The notes beneath the pieces were generated by a model. That model made no database searches. It was given only the letters and a program-made list of their open reading frames with translations, and was not told the DNA's origin. This document shows, in pieces, positions 1 to 13,107 of a stretch of DNA of 64,000 nucleotides. The DNA comes from Rhynchobatus australiae (Eukaryota): the NCBI GenBank assembly GCA_034780895.1, contig JAUZTB010000062.1, forward strand, positions 31,430,477 through 31,494,476, in the 5' to 3' direction. Both the position numbers and the translations under genes were made by a program. Each line of letters opens with the position of its first letter. Position 1 is the stretch's first letter.

Positions 1-44
1 AATTGGTATAATACAGCCTATCATATTGTTCATAATTTCTTGAG

Positions 45-366
45 ACAGAGAATGAATCCATTCAGCCTATTGAATCCATGCCACCTCAGAGCAATCCCAT
101 TTACCCACACCTTCCTGTAACCGATTCTCCCTCAGATGACCATCAACAACACCCTGATTCTCCTGCCAATCCCCTTACTAGAGGTAACTTACAATTGCCA
201 ATTAACCTGCTGGCACACCATTAGGATGTGGGTGGAATGCAGTGCACCCAGGGGAAACCAACACAGTTACAGGGAGACTGTTCAAGCTCCACATAGACAA
301 CACCCAAGATCAAGGCCAACCCAGGTCACTGGAGCTGCGCAGGTGCAGCACTAACTGTGTCGCCCT
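45..366 (-). mobile_element. tRNA-derived V-type (HE1-like) SINE
   Basis: Reverse complement shows a tRNA-like head, the V-domain (tctatgtggag...gtgtggtttcccctgggtgc) and a CR1-like tail. Similar to copies at ~24033, 50067, 52350, 54150 and 62400. Confidence 0.75.
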
Positions 367-2309
367 GATAATAATCTCTTGATAGTTCTGAGTAAAGTAG
401 ATTTTTTATCTCCAAAGTCTTTGTCTTGTTGTCTGTTCCACATATCTGAATCCTGAAATGTGTGACACTGGGCATATCCAATTTTGTACATCTTACATAG
501 AAGTGGCATCAAAAACCTTCTCCCCCACCTTCAGAGGGAGCAGCCTCTGATCAACACTTCATGATGGAGAATCCTTCCACAACACTGCCCAGTTATTGGA
601 GCAGTACTGGTTGTATTATGGTGTGACCCTTCAAGTGTATAATGGACCCTTCAAGTACTGCTTCCTGAAGACCCAACTGGAAGGAAAGGTGAAGGTGCCA
701 CTTCCCATCTCTTTGGCAGTTTGTCTCTCTCCTGCTTTTTACCCATTTCCCATCTTTTGACCATGCAACTCCCTGCCCCTGCAGGATTTCTCCTGGCATT
801 TGTTACCNNNNNNNNNNNNNNNNNNNNNNNNNNNNNNNNNNNNNNNNNNNNNNNNNNNNNNNNNNNNNNNNNNNNNNNNNNNNNNNNNNNNNNNNNNNNN
901 NNNNNNNCCATTGATTATTATGGAGGGTCGGGGGAGACTCGTTGAAACTATCTGAGAGTGTGGTGACGGATCCTATTTTGGGTGAGTTGATTTGAGCTTT
1001 GTCTATGATCTCTGAAAGCCGTAAGCACCAATTCAGACAAGTGCTTGCATTGCTCTCAAAGTCAATGTCAAGGCATCCCTCACTCTCAGAAACTAGCCTT
1101 CGGATCCTTGCAGGCTACCTCTGCTGATATATGCCGCATATGACTATTTTGCTGCTGACTGTAGACGAGTATGATGGTCAGCATAGAAATAGTGGGCTGG
1201 AGGGCCTGTCTCTATGACTCCATGGCTTTATCACTGCTGCATTGTAGGATTCCATAAGAACCTTGTGCTGTATTTTACCTTTGTAAGTAAGAGATATGTC
1301 TGACTCTTTAATTAATGTTCATTTTAAGCCTTCAGCATTATTAATATTTTTTCTTCAGGGAAGAAGTGGTGTCATTAACACCAATATGGTCAAAAATCTT
1401 GCCAGAAACAAATTTTGGGCATTGCACTACAATGGATATCATCTGGGCACCAGGAACCCAATAAAGTAACACGAAGGCAAGTTCTTGTACCAAGACAAAT
1501 ACCTCCTTACCAGTGACTGGCACTAACTCCAATTAAAACTTGTAAGATTCATCAATGTAAAATTCATTTGGATTTTTGGACATTATGCAGAAGAAGTTCT
1601 AGGCCTGAATCTTTTAAAGGAAAAATGACTCAACATTTGAACTAGAGGAAGTTAAATAAATGGGGAAAGGGCAGCACAACGTGTTCAGGTTTGCATTGCT
1701 CCACATGTATATTTAAACTCGGCAAAAATGGTTTTAGTTTGCGCAGTGTAAGAAACGATTTTTGGGGTCATTAAGGTAAGATATGTCATGGCTAAACAAT
1801 AGAACTCAGATTTCCAAGTTATAGAAAGAACTTACGTTTATATAACACCACATAGATTGTTTTACATGTGATAGAATGAAATATTGCCTTAAATAGTAGG
1901 ATCAGTATCACTCAAACCTTAAGATGTGTAAGTGATTTCTTATACCATAGTCTTTTATAATTTCATAAAATATTATGGCTTTGTGCCATTTCTTTATTCT
2001 CACTGTTTTTCATCTNNNNNNNNNNNNNNNNNNNNNNNNNNNNNNNNNNNNNNNNNNNNNNNNNNNNNNNNNNNNNNNNNNNNNNNNNNNNNNNNNNNNN
2101 NNNNNNNNNNNNNNNNNNNNNNNNNNNNNNNNNNNNNNNNNNNNNNNNNNNNNNNNNNNNNNNNNNNNNNNNNNNNNNNNTGCCACGCAATGATATCAAT
2201 AAACCTTTGCCTCATAGTTGAAACCAAAGGGACAGTGCAAGATAAACCTATAATATTAACCCAAGCACATTCCACAAGTGTTTAACAATAATATTAATGG
2301 ACAACAAAC

Positions 2310-2416
2310 CTAAGCCACAGCAGTATTAATATGGCCAATGAAAGTGAAGACAACGAGATTGAGTAGCCCATGGTATAGACCAATTGCAGGGTTTTCAATA
2401 ACCTATGCTGATCTTT
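2310..2416 (-). CDS. glp2r: glp2r coding exon 5 (107 nt, TM1)
   Basis: Acceptor tcttttctttgcag|, donor TTAG|gtttgt. Encodes KDQHRLLKTLQLVYTMGYSISLSSLSLAILILLWL(R), the class B TM1 YT.GYS.SL..L.LA motif. Confidence 0.95.
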
Positions 2417-3529
2417 CTGCAAAGAAAAGATATGACACAACAACACAATACATGGTTATTAAAAGCAATAGCAATACTTGTCTGTAGTGACAAAGTAACT
2501 GGGAATGTATTTCCAGCTTTGTAGATGCACACCTTTTCTTTCATATGCATGTTGAGAAATCTAAGTAAAGGTCTCTGTTTCATAATTATACTACATCTTG
2601 AAACATGAGCATTGCTAAAGAAAAAGTCACTTACTACCCAACCCAGTGGAAGGAGCTGCTGAACCTCCTTCTTAAATAATCACAATCCATACACTGAGGG
2701 CCCATCTATAATAATGTCAGATAGAACATTCTAGAATTTTGGACAGGTGACAACAAACAAATGGTTCAAGTCGGGACAGTGTGTAACTCTGAGGAGAACT
2801 TGAATGTGATGGTCTTCCTTTGCATCTGCTGCCCATAGCTTTCTAGGTAATGAGTTCTCACATTTAGGGAGTCACAGGGTAAGCTGCTCTTCATTGAGTT
2901 TCCTCTCTGAGTTGCTGAATGTATTCATGTGGCTGGTCCAGTTTTGGTTCTGTTTAATGGTGACCTCCCCTAGGATCTAAGTGATGGAGAGCTCAATTAT
3001 AATGATGTATTGAATGCTGAGGGTAGAGTTCTCTAAAGAAGATTGTTATTGGTAATCAAGTACACGTATGTTACTTGCATGGTCCTGAATGAAAAAAAGT
3101 GAGAGAGAAGGTGAAGTTTGGCAAATGGTTAGGAGATTGATTGGTGATCTTTAGGCTGCTGAATTACACAATTCTAAAGTCATCAGAGAGAATGATTCAG
3201 AATGTGAGAGAGTGCAATAAATTCTAACAACATTGCTGAAGTTCACCTCTGTGGAAAAGTATTCAGGAATTTTTTTTTGAGGAAGAATAACACTGTAAGT
3301 TCACAACGGCAACATCCTGGGTAACTTTCAGAGACGTGAATCATAGCAGGGAATCTCCAACACATCAAAGAAACCTTGACTACCACATGGGTGTACATTG
3401 GCAACAGGTGGCGATCTATTAAATCAACATATACTCAGAAAATACATTCAACGTGTGCAAATTATTCAATTATTTAAATCTTCTGCAATTATGCTATTTT
3501 GCAAACATATAAATGTTTGCTAAGTACGT

Positions 3530-3790
3530 TCTTGCCAAGATACTGATCGTTACCAGAACATTGCCTGGATTGGAGGATTCACCAGGATGTTGCCTGGACT
3601 TTATTAATGGGGACAGATAGGATAGGCTAGGTTTATTCTCACTGGAGCAAAGGGGCTGAGGGGTGACCTGATAGCAGTATGTAAGATTATGGGAGGCCCA
3701 GATATTCAAAATCTTTTTCCCTTGGTAGGGGGATCAAATACAAGAGGGCATTGATTTAAGGTGAAAAGAAACAGTTTTAAAGGGGCTCCA
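3530..3790 (+). mobile_element. CR1-type LINE 3' fragment
   Basis: RFTRMLPG / LGLFSLE..RLRGDLI / TRGH-coding remnants, similar to 31998-32555. Confidence 0.8.
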
Positions 3791-4252
3791 ACTGCATAAC
3801 AATGGAACAGAACATCACCAGAACCTCATAGGAGCCTTTACAGTTGGGGGAGCATATTTCAACCAAACTGTACAGCAAATGAGGTTCAGAGTAACAGAAC
3901 AAATTTAGGATGAGTCAGTAATCTCATGAAAGACTAAGAGAAAATCTGANNNNNNNNNNTAACTATTAACACATTTTAAAACAAAATAAAATTTTATTTT
4001 TAAAAAATCAGATAAACTGCCTAAAATATGCAGTGTAAACACTGGTGCTGGAGCATTTTCAAAGGTGTTGAAAGGTTAAATACCAGACAGAATCATAGAT
4101 TTCCTTAATCTTGTTTTAATGATATTCTGAACTAATCAATGTTTTTCGTCCCATAACACCAGTGCTAAGATGGGGTCTGCACATAGAATAGATTTAAATC
4201 CTGAAGACAAAATAAACAGGAGTTCCTGACATTACAGATTCTGCTGACGTAC

Positions 4253-4377
4253 ATTTTGTTGGATATCCTGGCTGTCTTCGTTACATTCAGAATGATCCCT
4301 CCAGATAACAGTAGAGTTTGAGAAGGTCAACCAACTTCCATTGTCCAGGCAGTACCTATGGACTCTCTTTGTACTGC
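4253..4377 (-). CDS. glp2r: glp2r coding exon 4 (125 nt, ECD C-terminal part)
   Basis: Acceptor ttttccttccttgcag|, donor AAT|gtacgt. Encodes (G)STKRVHRYCLDNGSWLTFSNSTVIWRDHSECNEDSQDIQQN, with R.C..NG.W and WRD.SEC motifs. Confidence 0.95.
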
Positions 4378-5784
4378 CTGCAAGGAAGGAAAACGATGTA
4401 AGCCAAGGTGTGGATCGAAGGCAGCAAAGTTGCACATTAAAACCTCGTAGATTATTGGCTGAAATTTGATGGAGTGAGAAATTGAAGGTTTTAAGACCCC
4501 GAGAAAACATTAGTCACCTTGAACAGTTTTGATCATCTGATGAGATCAGGGTTAACTTTTTCTTTTATTTTCCTTCTTTTCTCAGGAGATTAAGTGGCTT
4601 ATGGTGTGAGAGGAAGAAGGCAGGGGCAGGAGGGAGGTGTGAGTTGTTTAATCATATTACTACAACTGTTATGAGGTACGGGCTCAACACCACAGACCAA
4701 CTGCCTTTTTCTTGGCCATTGGCCATTATTATGTGTGGTTGATCCAAATTACTGACCAAGAAACTATTTTGCAGGTAAAATCCTTAGTTGCTGAATAATG
4801 AGCATATGGACTTAGTTCACCTGATCTGGGGCAGCAGTTATGAATGGGGACCATGTCCACCTTTCAAAAATATACCAATGACTCTCAACTGCTAGAATGT
4901 TGGAGTGTGTTCATATGTTGTTTAAATGCTTCATGAGCCTGTCTGCATTCCTAATGAAGGATTGAGGTATCTCATGGGATGCAATGAGTTATACCATAGG
5001 AAATACTGCTCTTCAGCAGCTTCTGCTGAAGACAATAAGACACTGAATCTTTGCATGGTCAAGCTGTACAAATACAAAATGCAGCTAAGAGGTTTGTACA
5101 TTCTGTCACATAAGATTGGCTGATGGCTTCAGACAGAACTAGAGGTGGAGGGGATACAAGATTGGTGGGAAGCAGGGGCTGATGTGGCATAGCTCTCCAA
5201 ACTTGTTTTATTTCCTGTCCATACATGTGTGGAATTGACATATTTTACACCAATGCACAAAGATGAACTTTAACACTGCCTTTTTTTTTGGAATTATTTA
5301 CATAATTAACCAATTCAATGAAGTTAGCCAACCATGATGCAGAATTTTGGAGCACTCATGCAGATGAGAAGCTATGAAAGGATACTGTATGATTTGAATA
5401 TCACATTGATGGTATAATGTTCAAAATTTGGGGAGAAGCTGACATTTTGATGTTGCAGATCAAATGCACTTTGATGATACAGCACATTGGAACTTCAGTG
5501 TGCTGTACATTAAAGTGGTAGGATAGTTTATCAGTACATTGAGGATGGCATCACTCAATTTCAGGCCTTATTGGGAAGGGAGAAAATCAAATACACAGTT
5601 AATGCTAGGCTGCCTTCTGTTTCTTGCATGAGTGATCATTGCTACAAAGTTGGCAATTGCTTAAAGCCAGCACTTGGCCCAGACTCATTTGGAACAGGAA
5701 GGGGAATCCAATGGAGAGATGCATTGTTTTCCTAAGAGGCAGAGGGAAGACTGAAAAGGTCCAAGAAATAATGCAGAAAATTAC

Positions 5785-5889
5785 CTGGTTTAATCCAAGG
5801 GAGATACCAGGGGCAGGGTTCTGACACATTCCCCGGGTATGAGGCTGGCCAGCAGACAAACTGATCAAATGTTCCATTACAAAATATTC
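5785..5889 (-). CDS. glp2r: glp2r coding exon 3 (105 nt, hormone-binding domain core)
   Basis: Acceptor cttccactag|, donor CCAG|gtaatt. Encodes (G)IFCNGTFDQFVCWPASYPGNVSEPCPWYLPWIKP(G), matching the signature C.GTFD...CWP...PG..V..PCP.YLPW. Missed by the ORF track, which reports a different frame. Confidence 0.96.
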
Positions 5890-6019
5890 CTAGTGGAAGC
5901 AAACATGTGTCAATTATTCAAGCTGTGACAAACAAGCTGTTTCTGAAAGTATTACTCGAAGTATAAATAGGAAACATGCTTTTACTAGTGCTGAACTTCA
6001 AGGTCTCACAGACTTCGGA

Positions 6020-6157
6020 AGAGATAAGATAGGATATCTTTATTAGTCACACGTACATCAAAACACACAGTGAAACGTGTAGTGTTCTGGGGGCAGCCCG
6101 CAAGTGTCGCCACGCTTCTGGCGCCAACACAGCATGCCCACAACTTCCTAACCCGTA
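6020..6157 (-). mobile_element. SINE 3' half (same subfamily as 10933-11230), truncated by a gap
   Basis: Reverse complement of the ...gtggcgacacttgcgggctgccc...catgtgactaataaagatatc tail. Confidence 0.8.
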
Positions 6158-8994
6158 NNNNNNNNNNNNNNNNNNNNNNNNNNNNNNNNNNNNNNNNNNN
6201 NNNNNNNNNNNNNNNNNNNNNNNNNNNNNNNNNNNNNNNNNNNNNNNNNNNNNNNNNNNNNNNNNNNNNNNNNNNNNNNNNNNNNNNNNNNNNNNNNNNN
6301 NNNNNNNNNNNNNNNNNNNNNNNNNNNNNNNNNNNNNNNNNNNNNNNNNNNNNNNNNNNNNNNNNNNNNNNNNNNNNNNNNNNNNNNNNNNNNNNNNNNN
6401 NNNNNNNNNNNNNNNNNNNNNNNNNNNNNNNNNNNNNNNNNNNNNNNNNNNNNNNNNNNNNNNNNNNNNNNNNNNNNNNNNNNNNNNNNNNNNNNNNNNN
6501 NNNNNNNNNNNNNNNNNNNNNNNNNNNNNNNNNNNNNNNNNNNNNNNNNNNNNNNNNNNNNNNNNNNNNNNNNNNNNNNNNATGGAAAATAAGAGATATT
6601 ATTTATAACCTGAATTGTTACATCACTGATTAGGCATTAATCATCTTGATTTATATTAAAATATTTTTAACTACAGTGCAAGAATCATTTGAGATTTAAT
6701 TTCATTTTGCTTTTAAGTCTTCCGTGAAAATATAATCCAACTTTTAACTTTGGCTTTTGTTCCCTAATTTCAGGTTGAGTTTTAATCCGGGAGGAAAGTG
6801 TGATTAATAATTTAGTTAGTGCTCTCAATAATTTTGCACTAATCCTTTGAAGAGCTTCTCATATTTCCCTTGCACTCCCAGTCTCAGCAGTTCCCACCCC
6901 CACCCAATGACTCACACATCCAGTGATGTTGAGGACTAATAATTGGAGGGCTGAATTAATTTTATTCGTTTGTCTCAATTTCCAACACCTGCTTCAACAG
7001 CTATGGACTCCCCAGTATTGTTTCACCTCTGCAGTGTATTTTAATTTTAGTCTCACCTACTTCTCTCAAAATCAGATTGTATTCAGTCTTCATAAGTAAC
7101 TCAGTTCTCCCTTTCTAACTTGGTTGATTAAAATGCAATAGTATTTCCTCTCATTTTAAGATNNNNAGCATTCAAAAAGGAACCACAGTGATTCCTTATT
7201 TAGCTAGCACAGAGGTCTGTGGTACGATAGTCCGTCTGAAAGGAAATGAAAATGGACCAGTAAATGCCTGAGCAAAAAACTGATGAAGCGAATGAATTTC
7301 TTGCTTCATGTTCTTGTAATTCTCAAATCACTGATTAATTAATTCAAAGCTATCCACAGCAACCGAGATTATTTTTCAGTCATTTGTTCGACTCAAGCTG
7401 CAGATTCACAGATGTTACTCCAGCAGTGCACCATCTCAGCTCCTTAACCCATTTATTTTTCAATGCCATGAGTTAGCAGGATAAGTGCCAAGAACACCAA
7501 AGATAGTTTATTCCCAAATGAATTGATTAATTTGTAAGGAATCACAAAGGGAGGCTAAAAAATCCTTTGAGAAAGATCTCGTTTTGGATTATTTTGTCTG
7601 AGGTAAATGAGGAAACCAATCCATCAAGCTGAATCTCTGGGTAACATCATAACCAAGTAATTAAGGTAAGAACAAATTTGAAAATATTATCTATTTCTGC
7701 AAAATTTCACTGCTCTGATAAATCCTTTAATAAATATTTAATATTACACTTTTTTAATCTAAAGTTTTCAGGTATCATTCATCAACAACTCTGAATTGAG
7801 AATTGCCATTTAGACAATGAAGCTTCTCTCTTTCTGGAGCCCATGGATGGTTATTTTGCTACAGGCTTCCCAAACAGTAAGTGGAAAGTGAAACTCTGTC
7901 TCCAAGATAATTCCATTAGCTTCCCTGAAAGGAAGAGCTTCTGGTCTCTATCTATCCTCCATCATACCTCTCAAGAGATACTGATCCAAGTTCTTATAGA
8001 TACGTCAGTGACCTATGTTCTGTGACATCTGCTTTTCTTCAGGTACAATTTACTAACTTAATTGTTAATTACAAGCAATAATGAGATGAGATTATTTGCA
8101 GAATTTAGTGAGGTTTGTTTGGGATCAGACTTGTCATTGCTGGATTTCTGGGTGAGTTTTACCAAGCATTTGTTAAGCAATGATCAAGTTTTCATCAGAA
8201 GGCAGTAGTCTGGCACTGGAAGTTTCTTTATTGGCTCTGACTGTAATACAAAATCCAACATGCAAAAGAGTTATGACATTGTATTGATGGAAGATTGTAT
8301 GNNNNNNNNNNNNNNNNNNNNNNNNNNNNNNNNNNNNNNNNNNNNNNNNNNNNNNNNNNNNNNNNNNNNNNNNNNNNNNNNNNNNNNNNNNNNNNNNNNN
8401 NNNNNNNNNNNNNNNNNNNNNNNNNNNNNNNNNNNNNNNNNNNNNNNNNNNNNNNNNNNNNNNNNNNNNNNNNNNNNNNNNNNNNNNNNNNNNNNNNNNN
8501 NNNNNNNNNNNNNNNNNNNNNNNNNNNNNNNNNNNNNNNNNNNNNNNNNNNNNNNNNNNNNNNNNNNNNNNNNNNNNNNNNNNNNNNNNNNNNNNNNNNN
8601 NNNNNNNNNNNNNNNNNNNNNNNNNNNNNNNNNNNNNNNNNNNNNNNNNNNNNNNNNNNNNNNAGGGTGGAGATATGCGGAATATGTGTTTGACCATCCA
8701 GTGAAGACTAAGGGAAGTAACTGATGTGTTCTACTCTGAGTACATTGCTGGAATGCAGAAGGTGGAGTGACTGCAAGATTGCAAGCTTCACAATGTAGCA
8801 GGATGCCATTGATTACATGCATGTTGTTTTGTGGGTGCCGCTGGTCAGCTTCAGAATGTACCACAACTGAAATTAATTCCATTCCCTCAACCATGAAGCT
8901 CTATGCATGGTATATCTGCAGTAGTCATGTTACCTTCATACTCTGCTGGCCAGCTGCATTGCTTACTTTTCAGCTGATTGGCAAGACCCATCAA

Positions 8995-9215
8995 TTGGTG
9001 CCATCCCAGCTTCTGAGTCAGACAGTGGTGGGTTCAAGTCCCACTCCAGACAGCTGAGTACAAAGATCTAGGCAAAGACTACAGCACAGGGATTGCTGAG
9101 GGAGTGCTGAACTGTCAGAGGCTCTATTCTTCAGATGAGGTATTAAACTGAAGCGCCATCTACTGTACCTGGTGGCCATAGTGTTCTTACAGAGAAGTGC
9201 AGGGAGTTAAACCTG
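8995..9215 (+). mobile_element. Deu-domain SINE fragment (SacSINE1/AmnSINE-like)
   Basis: B-box-like gggttcaagtcccactcc followed by ctgagggagtgctgaactgtcagagg...cagatgaggtattaaac, the recalled Deu core. Related tail pieces lie at ~27570-27700 (-) and 57885-57965 (+). Confidence 0.65.
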
Positions 9216-10932
9216 ATGTGAAAGCAAAATACTACAGATGGTGGAAATCTGAAATAATAAAAATAAATGGTAGCAAATTCAAGGAACTCAGGAAGCATCA
9301 GTTAAAGAGAAAAGCAGGTGAAGCAGATGCTACCTGACCTGCTGAGTATTTCCAGTATTCTGTTTTTTGTTTCAGATGATCTGGCCAATAATTTCATTAT
9401 TTATTAATGTTCTAACTTGTTGCATAAGTTTTTTAATTAATCCCAAGTTAAATTGTTTTCATAGGTCTGTGACAGAGTGAAATTGTCTTTGGTTAGCAAG
9501 GGGAGTGATAAAATGGGATGTTTAGGGGTCTGGTCACCCACCACTCATAGCCAATTCTGCTTCACAGGATGACTGTTGAGCTAAGCTCTCAAGGTCTTTG
9601 GGTGATGAAAAGTCCCAATCCATAAATAGGACTGTGAGGCAGATCCAGGGGAGTGGGGGACGGATGGTTTCAGCACAATTTGACCCAAACTAAATACCAT
9701 CTAAACACAAGAACATAAGGAAACAGGAGCAGGAGTTGGCCACTATGCCTGTCTATCCTGCCCTGCCATTCAATAGCTGATCTTTCAACACTTTATTCAA
9801 GCCATCTTTAACTACCTCCAGTAATCTACTCTCCACAACCATTGAGGTTGAGAATTCCTGAGATTCACCACCCTCTGCAAGAAGTAGTTCCTACACACCT
9901 CAGTTTTAAACAGCTACCCCCAAACCTTGTAAACTCCCCAGATTACCAACAGCCACAACTTACATTCTCTCCGTACCTGGCCATCACATTATTTATAATG
10001 CCAACATAAAATTAACTCTCCGAACCAAAACTACAAATTAAAACTTGCTAAATTGCAGACATATTCCAACTAATAACACTGATGTGTTTCTTTATTGCCC
10101 GAGTATCTTTATTGGTTCTTCTGCTCTGAGAGTGTGCTACCTCAGTGGCTGCACCAGGGCTGGTAGAAGGTTGCCACCTTTCAGTGGAACAGGATGCCTG
10201 TGGGCTTGCAAACAACCCTTGTAGCCCAGGGCCAGGAGACCTGGCTTCCAACTGCAGCATTGTCAGCAGCAGTCTAATCTGCCTGATTAACAGGCACAAT
10301 CTGAGTGTCAGGTTTGGGACCACGCAAGGGGTTACCCTGTTTTATGTTCCACTGAGCCACTGTACTTTCTTGAGCTGGCACTTTTGTGATCCCACTGTAA
10401 GATGCACTTCTGGAATGCTGTGGCAGTCTGCATGCCACTGGAGTTCACAGCAGTTTGAGCTTGCATGGCAGAAGTTTGAGCTACTGACATTGGTCGGTTC
10501 CTCATCTGTGTTCCAATGGGAGTTGAGATATTAGCCATCAGATGCTGCAGTTTGGTCCTCATGGGCGGATGGAATTGTCCACTATTCCATGCTGGAAAGA
10601 GGAGCACCAAGCTCAGCGTGGAAGGTTGGTGCTGGGTTCTCTCACACTCTTCGATAGTCTGTGCAAGGCTTTGGTTAATCATGCCATCGAACCAAGCATT
10701 TCATTGTCTATACCCACCAGCCCCCTTCTGTAACCCACAATCCCATCTGTGTTGCAATGAGAGTCTGCTGTCCGACCACAGCCGTTGAAGAGCTGGAGAT
10801 CTGGCATCGGTACCATCTTGTGCCTTTGCCCTGCACCCCCCCCCCCACTGGCCTCCATGTGGTGCGACTCACTTCATACAGAGAGAGATTTGGCACTTTG
10901 GAAGAACAAGGATTAAAGTAAATTAAGTATTA

Positions 10933-11230
10933 GGCATGGTAATGTAGTGGTTCAGCATAATGCTTTACAGCACCAGCGACCTGGGTTCAAATCTGGCCAC
11001 TGTCTGTAAGGAGTTTGTACGTTCTCCCTGTATCTGCGTGGGTTTCCTCCGGGTGCTCCAGTTTCCTCCCACAGTCCAAAGACATATGGGGTAGGAAGGT
11101 GTGGGCATGCTATGTTCGCGCCAGAAGTGTGGCGACACTTATGGGCTGCCCACAGAACACTATGCAAAAGATGTATTTCACTGTGTGTTTCAATGTACAC
11201 GTGACTAATAAAGATATCTCATCTGATCTT
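10933..11230 (+). mobile_element. Full-length tRNA-derived V-type SINE with L2/Rex1-like tail
   Basis: A-box/B-box head (gggttcaaatctgg), V-domain gtgggtttcctccgggtgctcc, and tail ttcactgtgtgtttcaatgtacacgtgactaataaa. Confidence 0.85.
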
Positions 11231-13107
11231 GAACTTTCCTTTTGCTCTCTTCCACCTTTGCTGGAATAGGAGAAAGACCCAGGCACAACGTTTCGACGTG
11301 AGGAGCTGGGGTCAGCAAAAGATGCATGCCTTCACATGTTGATGTGTCTTTGGAAGTGCATGGGTTGGCGATGGCCCAAGTTGTGCAGACTGATTGACAA
11401 CAGGTTCATAGCCTGTCAGCCTTTCATGGCTCATTTTGCTTCAGATTTTTACGTGTGTTTGCCCAAACATGCAAATCAAACTAACCCGGAGGCCAAAACT
11501 GAGCCCAGCAGTGGGACACTGATGTGATGGTGAGAGGGGCTGGATGGATTCAGCAGTCAGCCCCTCACTTCATCCCAGGTTGGCTGACATACAAAAGGTG
11601 AGCACATTGACCTGCATGGAGTTGTTGCTCTGTGCGGAAAGGGAAGGGTTGTTAGTGTCTGAATAACAGAAACAGAAATACCCAGCAAGCCAGGCAGCAT
11701 CTGTGGTGAAGGAAACAGAGCCAACTCTTCAGGCTAATGACTTCTCTTCTGAACTCTCTTCACAGATGCTGCCTGAGCATTTCTCTTTTATTTTTCTGTT
11801 TTTGTTTCATTTTTTTTTGCTTTTCAAGTGATTGAATTAATTTATTTTGATGAATGCTTTTTTAGCATTGCACAAGTGCATTGAATTAAACACNNNNNNN
11901 NNNNNNNNNNNNNNNNNNNNNNNNNNNNNNNNNNNNNNNNNNNNNNNNNNNNNNNNNNNNNNNNNNNNNNNNNNNNNNNNNNNNNNNNNNNNNNNNNNNN
12001 NNNNNNNNNNNNNNNNNNNNNNNNNNNNNNNNNNNNNNNNNNNNNNNNNNNNNNNNNNNNNNNNNNNNNNNNNNNNNNNNNNNNNNNNNNNNNNNNNNNN
12101 NNNNNNNNNNNNNNNNNNNNNNNNNNNNNNNNNNNNNNNNNNNNNNNNNNNNNNNNNNNNNNNNNNNNNNNNNNNNNNNNNNNNNNNNNNNNNNNNNNNN
12201 NNNNNNNNNNNNNNNNNNNNNNNNNNNNNNNNNNNNNNNNNNNNNNNNNNNNNNNNNNNNNNNNNNNNNNNNNNNNNNNNNNNNNNCCCGCCACTTCTCC
12301 CTTTCATTTCCATTTCTGGAGCAGGCTCGATGGGCCGAGTGGCCTTCTTCTGCTCCCTTATCTTGTGATCTTGTGAATTCCTGTGCACTTTATGGGGATT
12401 GTTTACTGATTTTTTTTAATGACTGAAAATGCCCAATTTTGTTGAATATTAATAAAAAACCCTCCAAAACTGAAGAAAAAGTAAAAAAAAACTCAACCAC
12501 TAATTATTAATATTCAAATCCCACTTAAAATAAGAAGGCTGCAGCCTCCAGAAATAAATACACAGATCTCTTCAATATTACATCTCCTGTTGAACAGCTT
12601 AAAAGGTCGATGTTCAGCATGACAAATTGTTTTTTTTCTTTTCCAGTGGGTCACCTCATCCAGTGAGAATATTTTCAGGTGCATTTGTGGAAGACATTTT
12701 TACTATTTGTATGTGACGCTAGCACAAGCTTACTCCTTGTTCTACTGCTGGCTGAGATCACTTTCTGAGAGAGGGAAGTTGAAAATGTGCTCTTATGGAC
12801 CAATTAATAAGTTCCTTCATTTGCTACAGACCACGATTTGGAAATGCTACATTGAAGCCACTTTTCAAGGTCAAACTGTTGACACAACTTCCTTCACCTG
12901 TACCCCTCTCTTCGTGTTACTACATCACACCATAATGTGGTTCCAGAGACCCCAACCATCAATGAGCATCTGACCATATTCACTGAGAGATCTATGAGGG
13001 CACCTACTGACCACTTCTCCATTTAAATTTTGTTGGCCAAACTTTAAAATGTTTAAACAGGGTAATTTTCCTTTGAATTAGTTTTACAATCAAGTTAGGT
13101 TGCTCAC

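Noticed and set aside
4238-4321. Plus-strand hydrophobic frame ILLTYILLDILAVFVTFRMIPPDNSRV after an acceptor-like site
   Set aside because: It is the antisense of glp2r exon 4.
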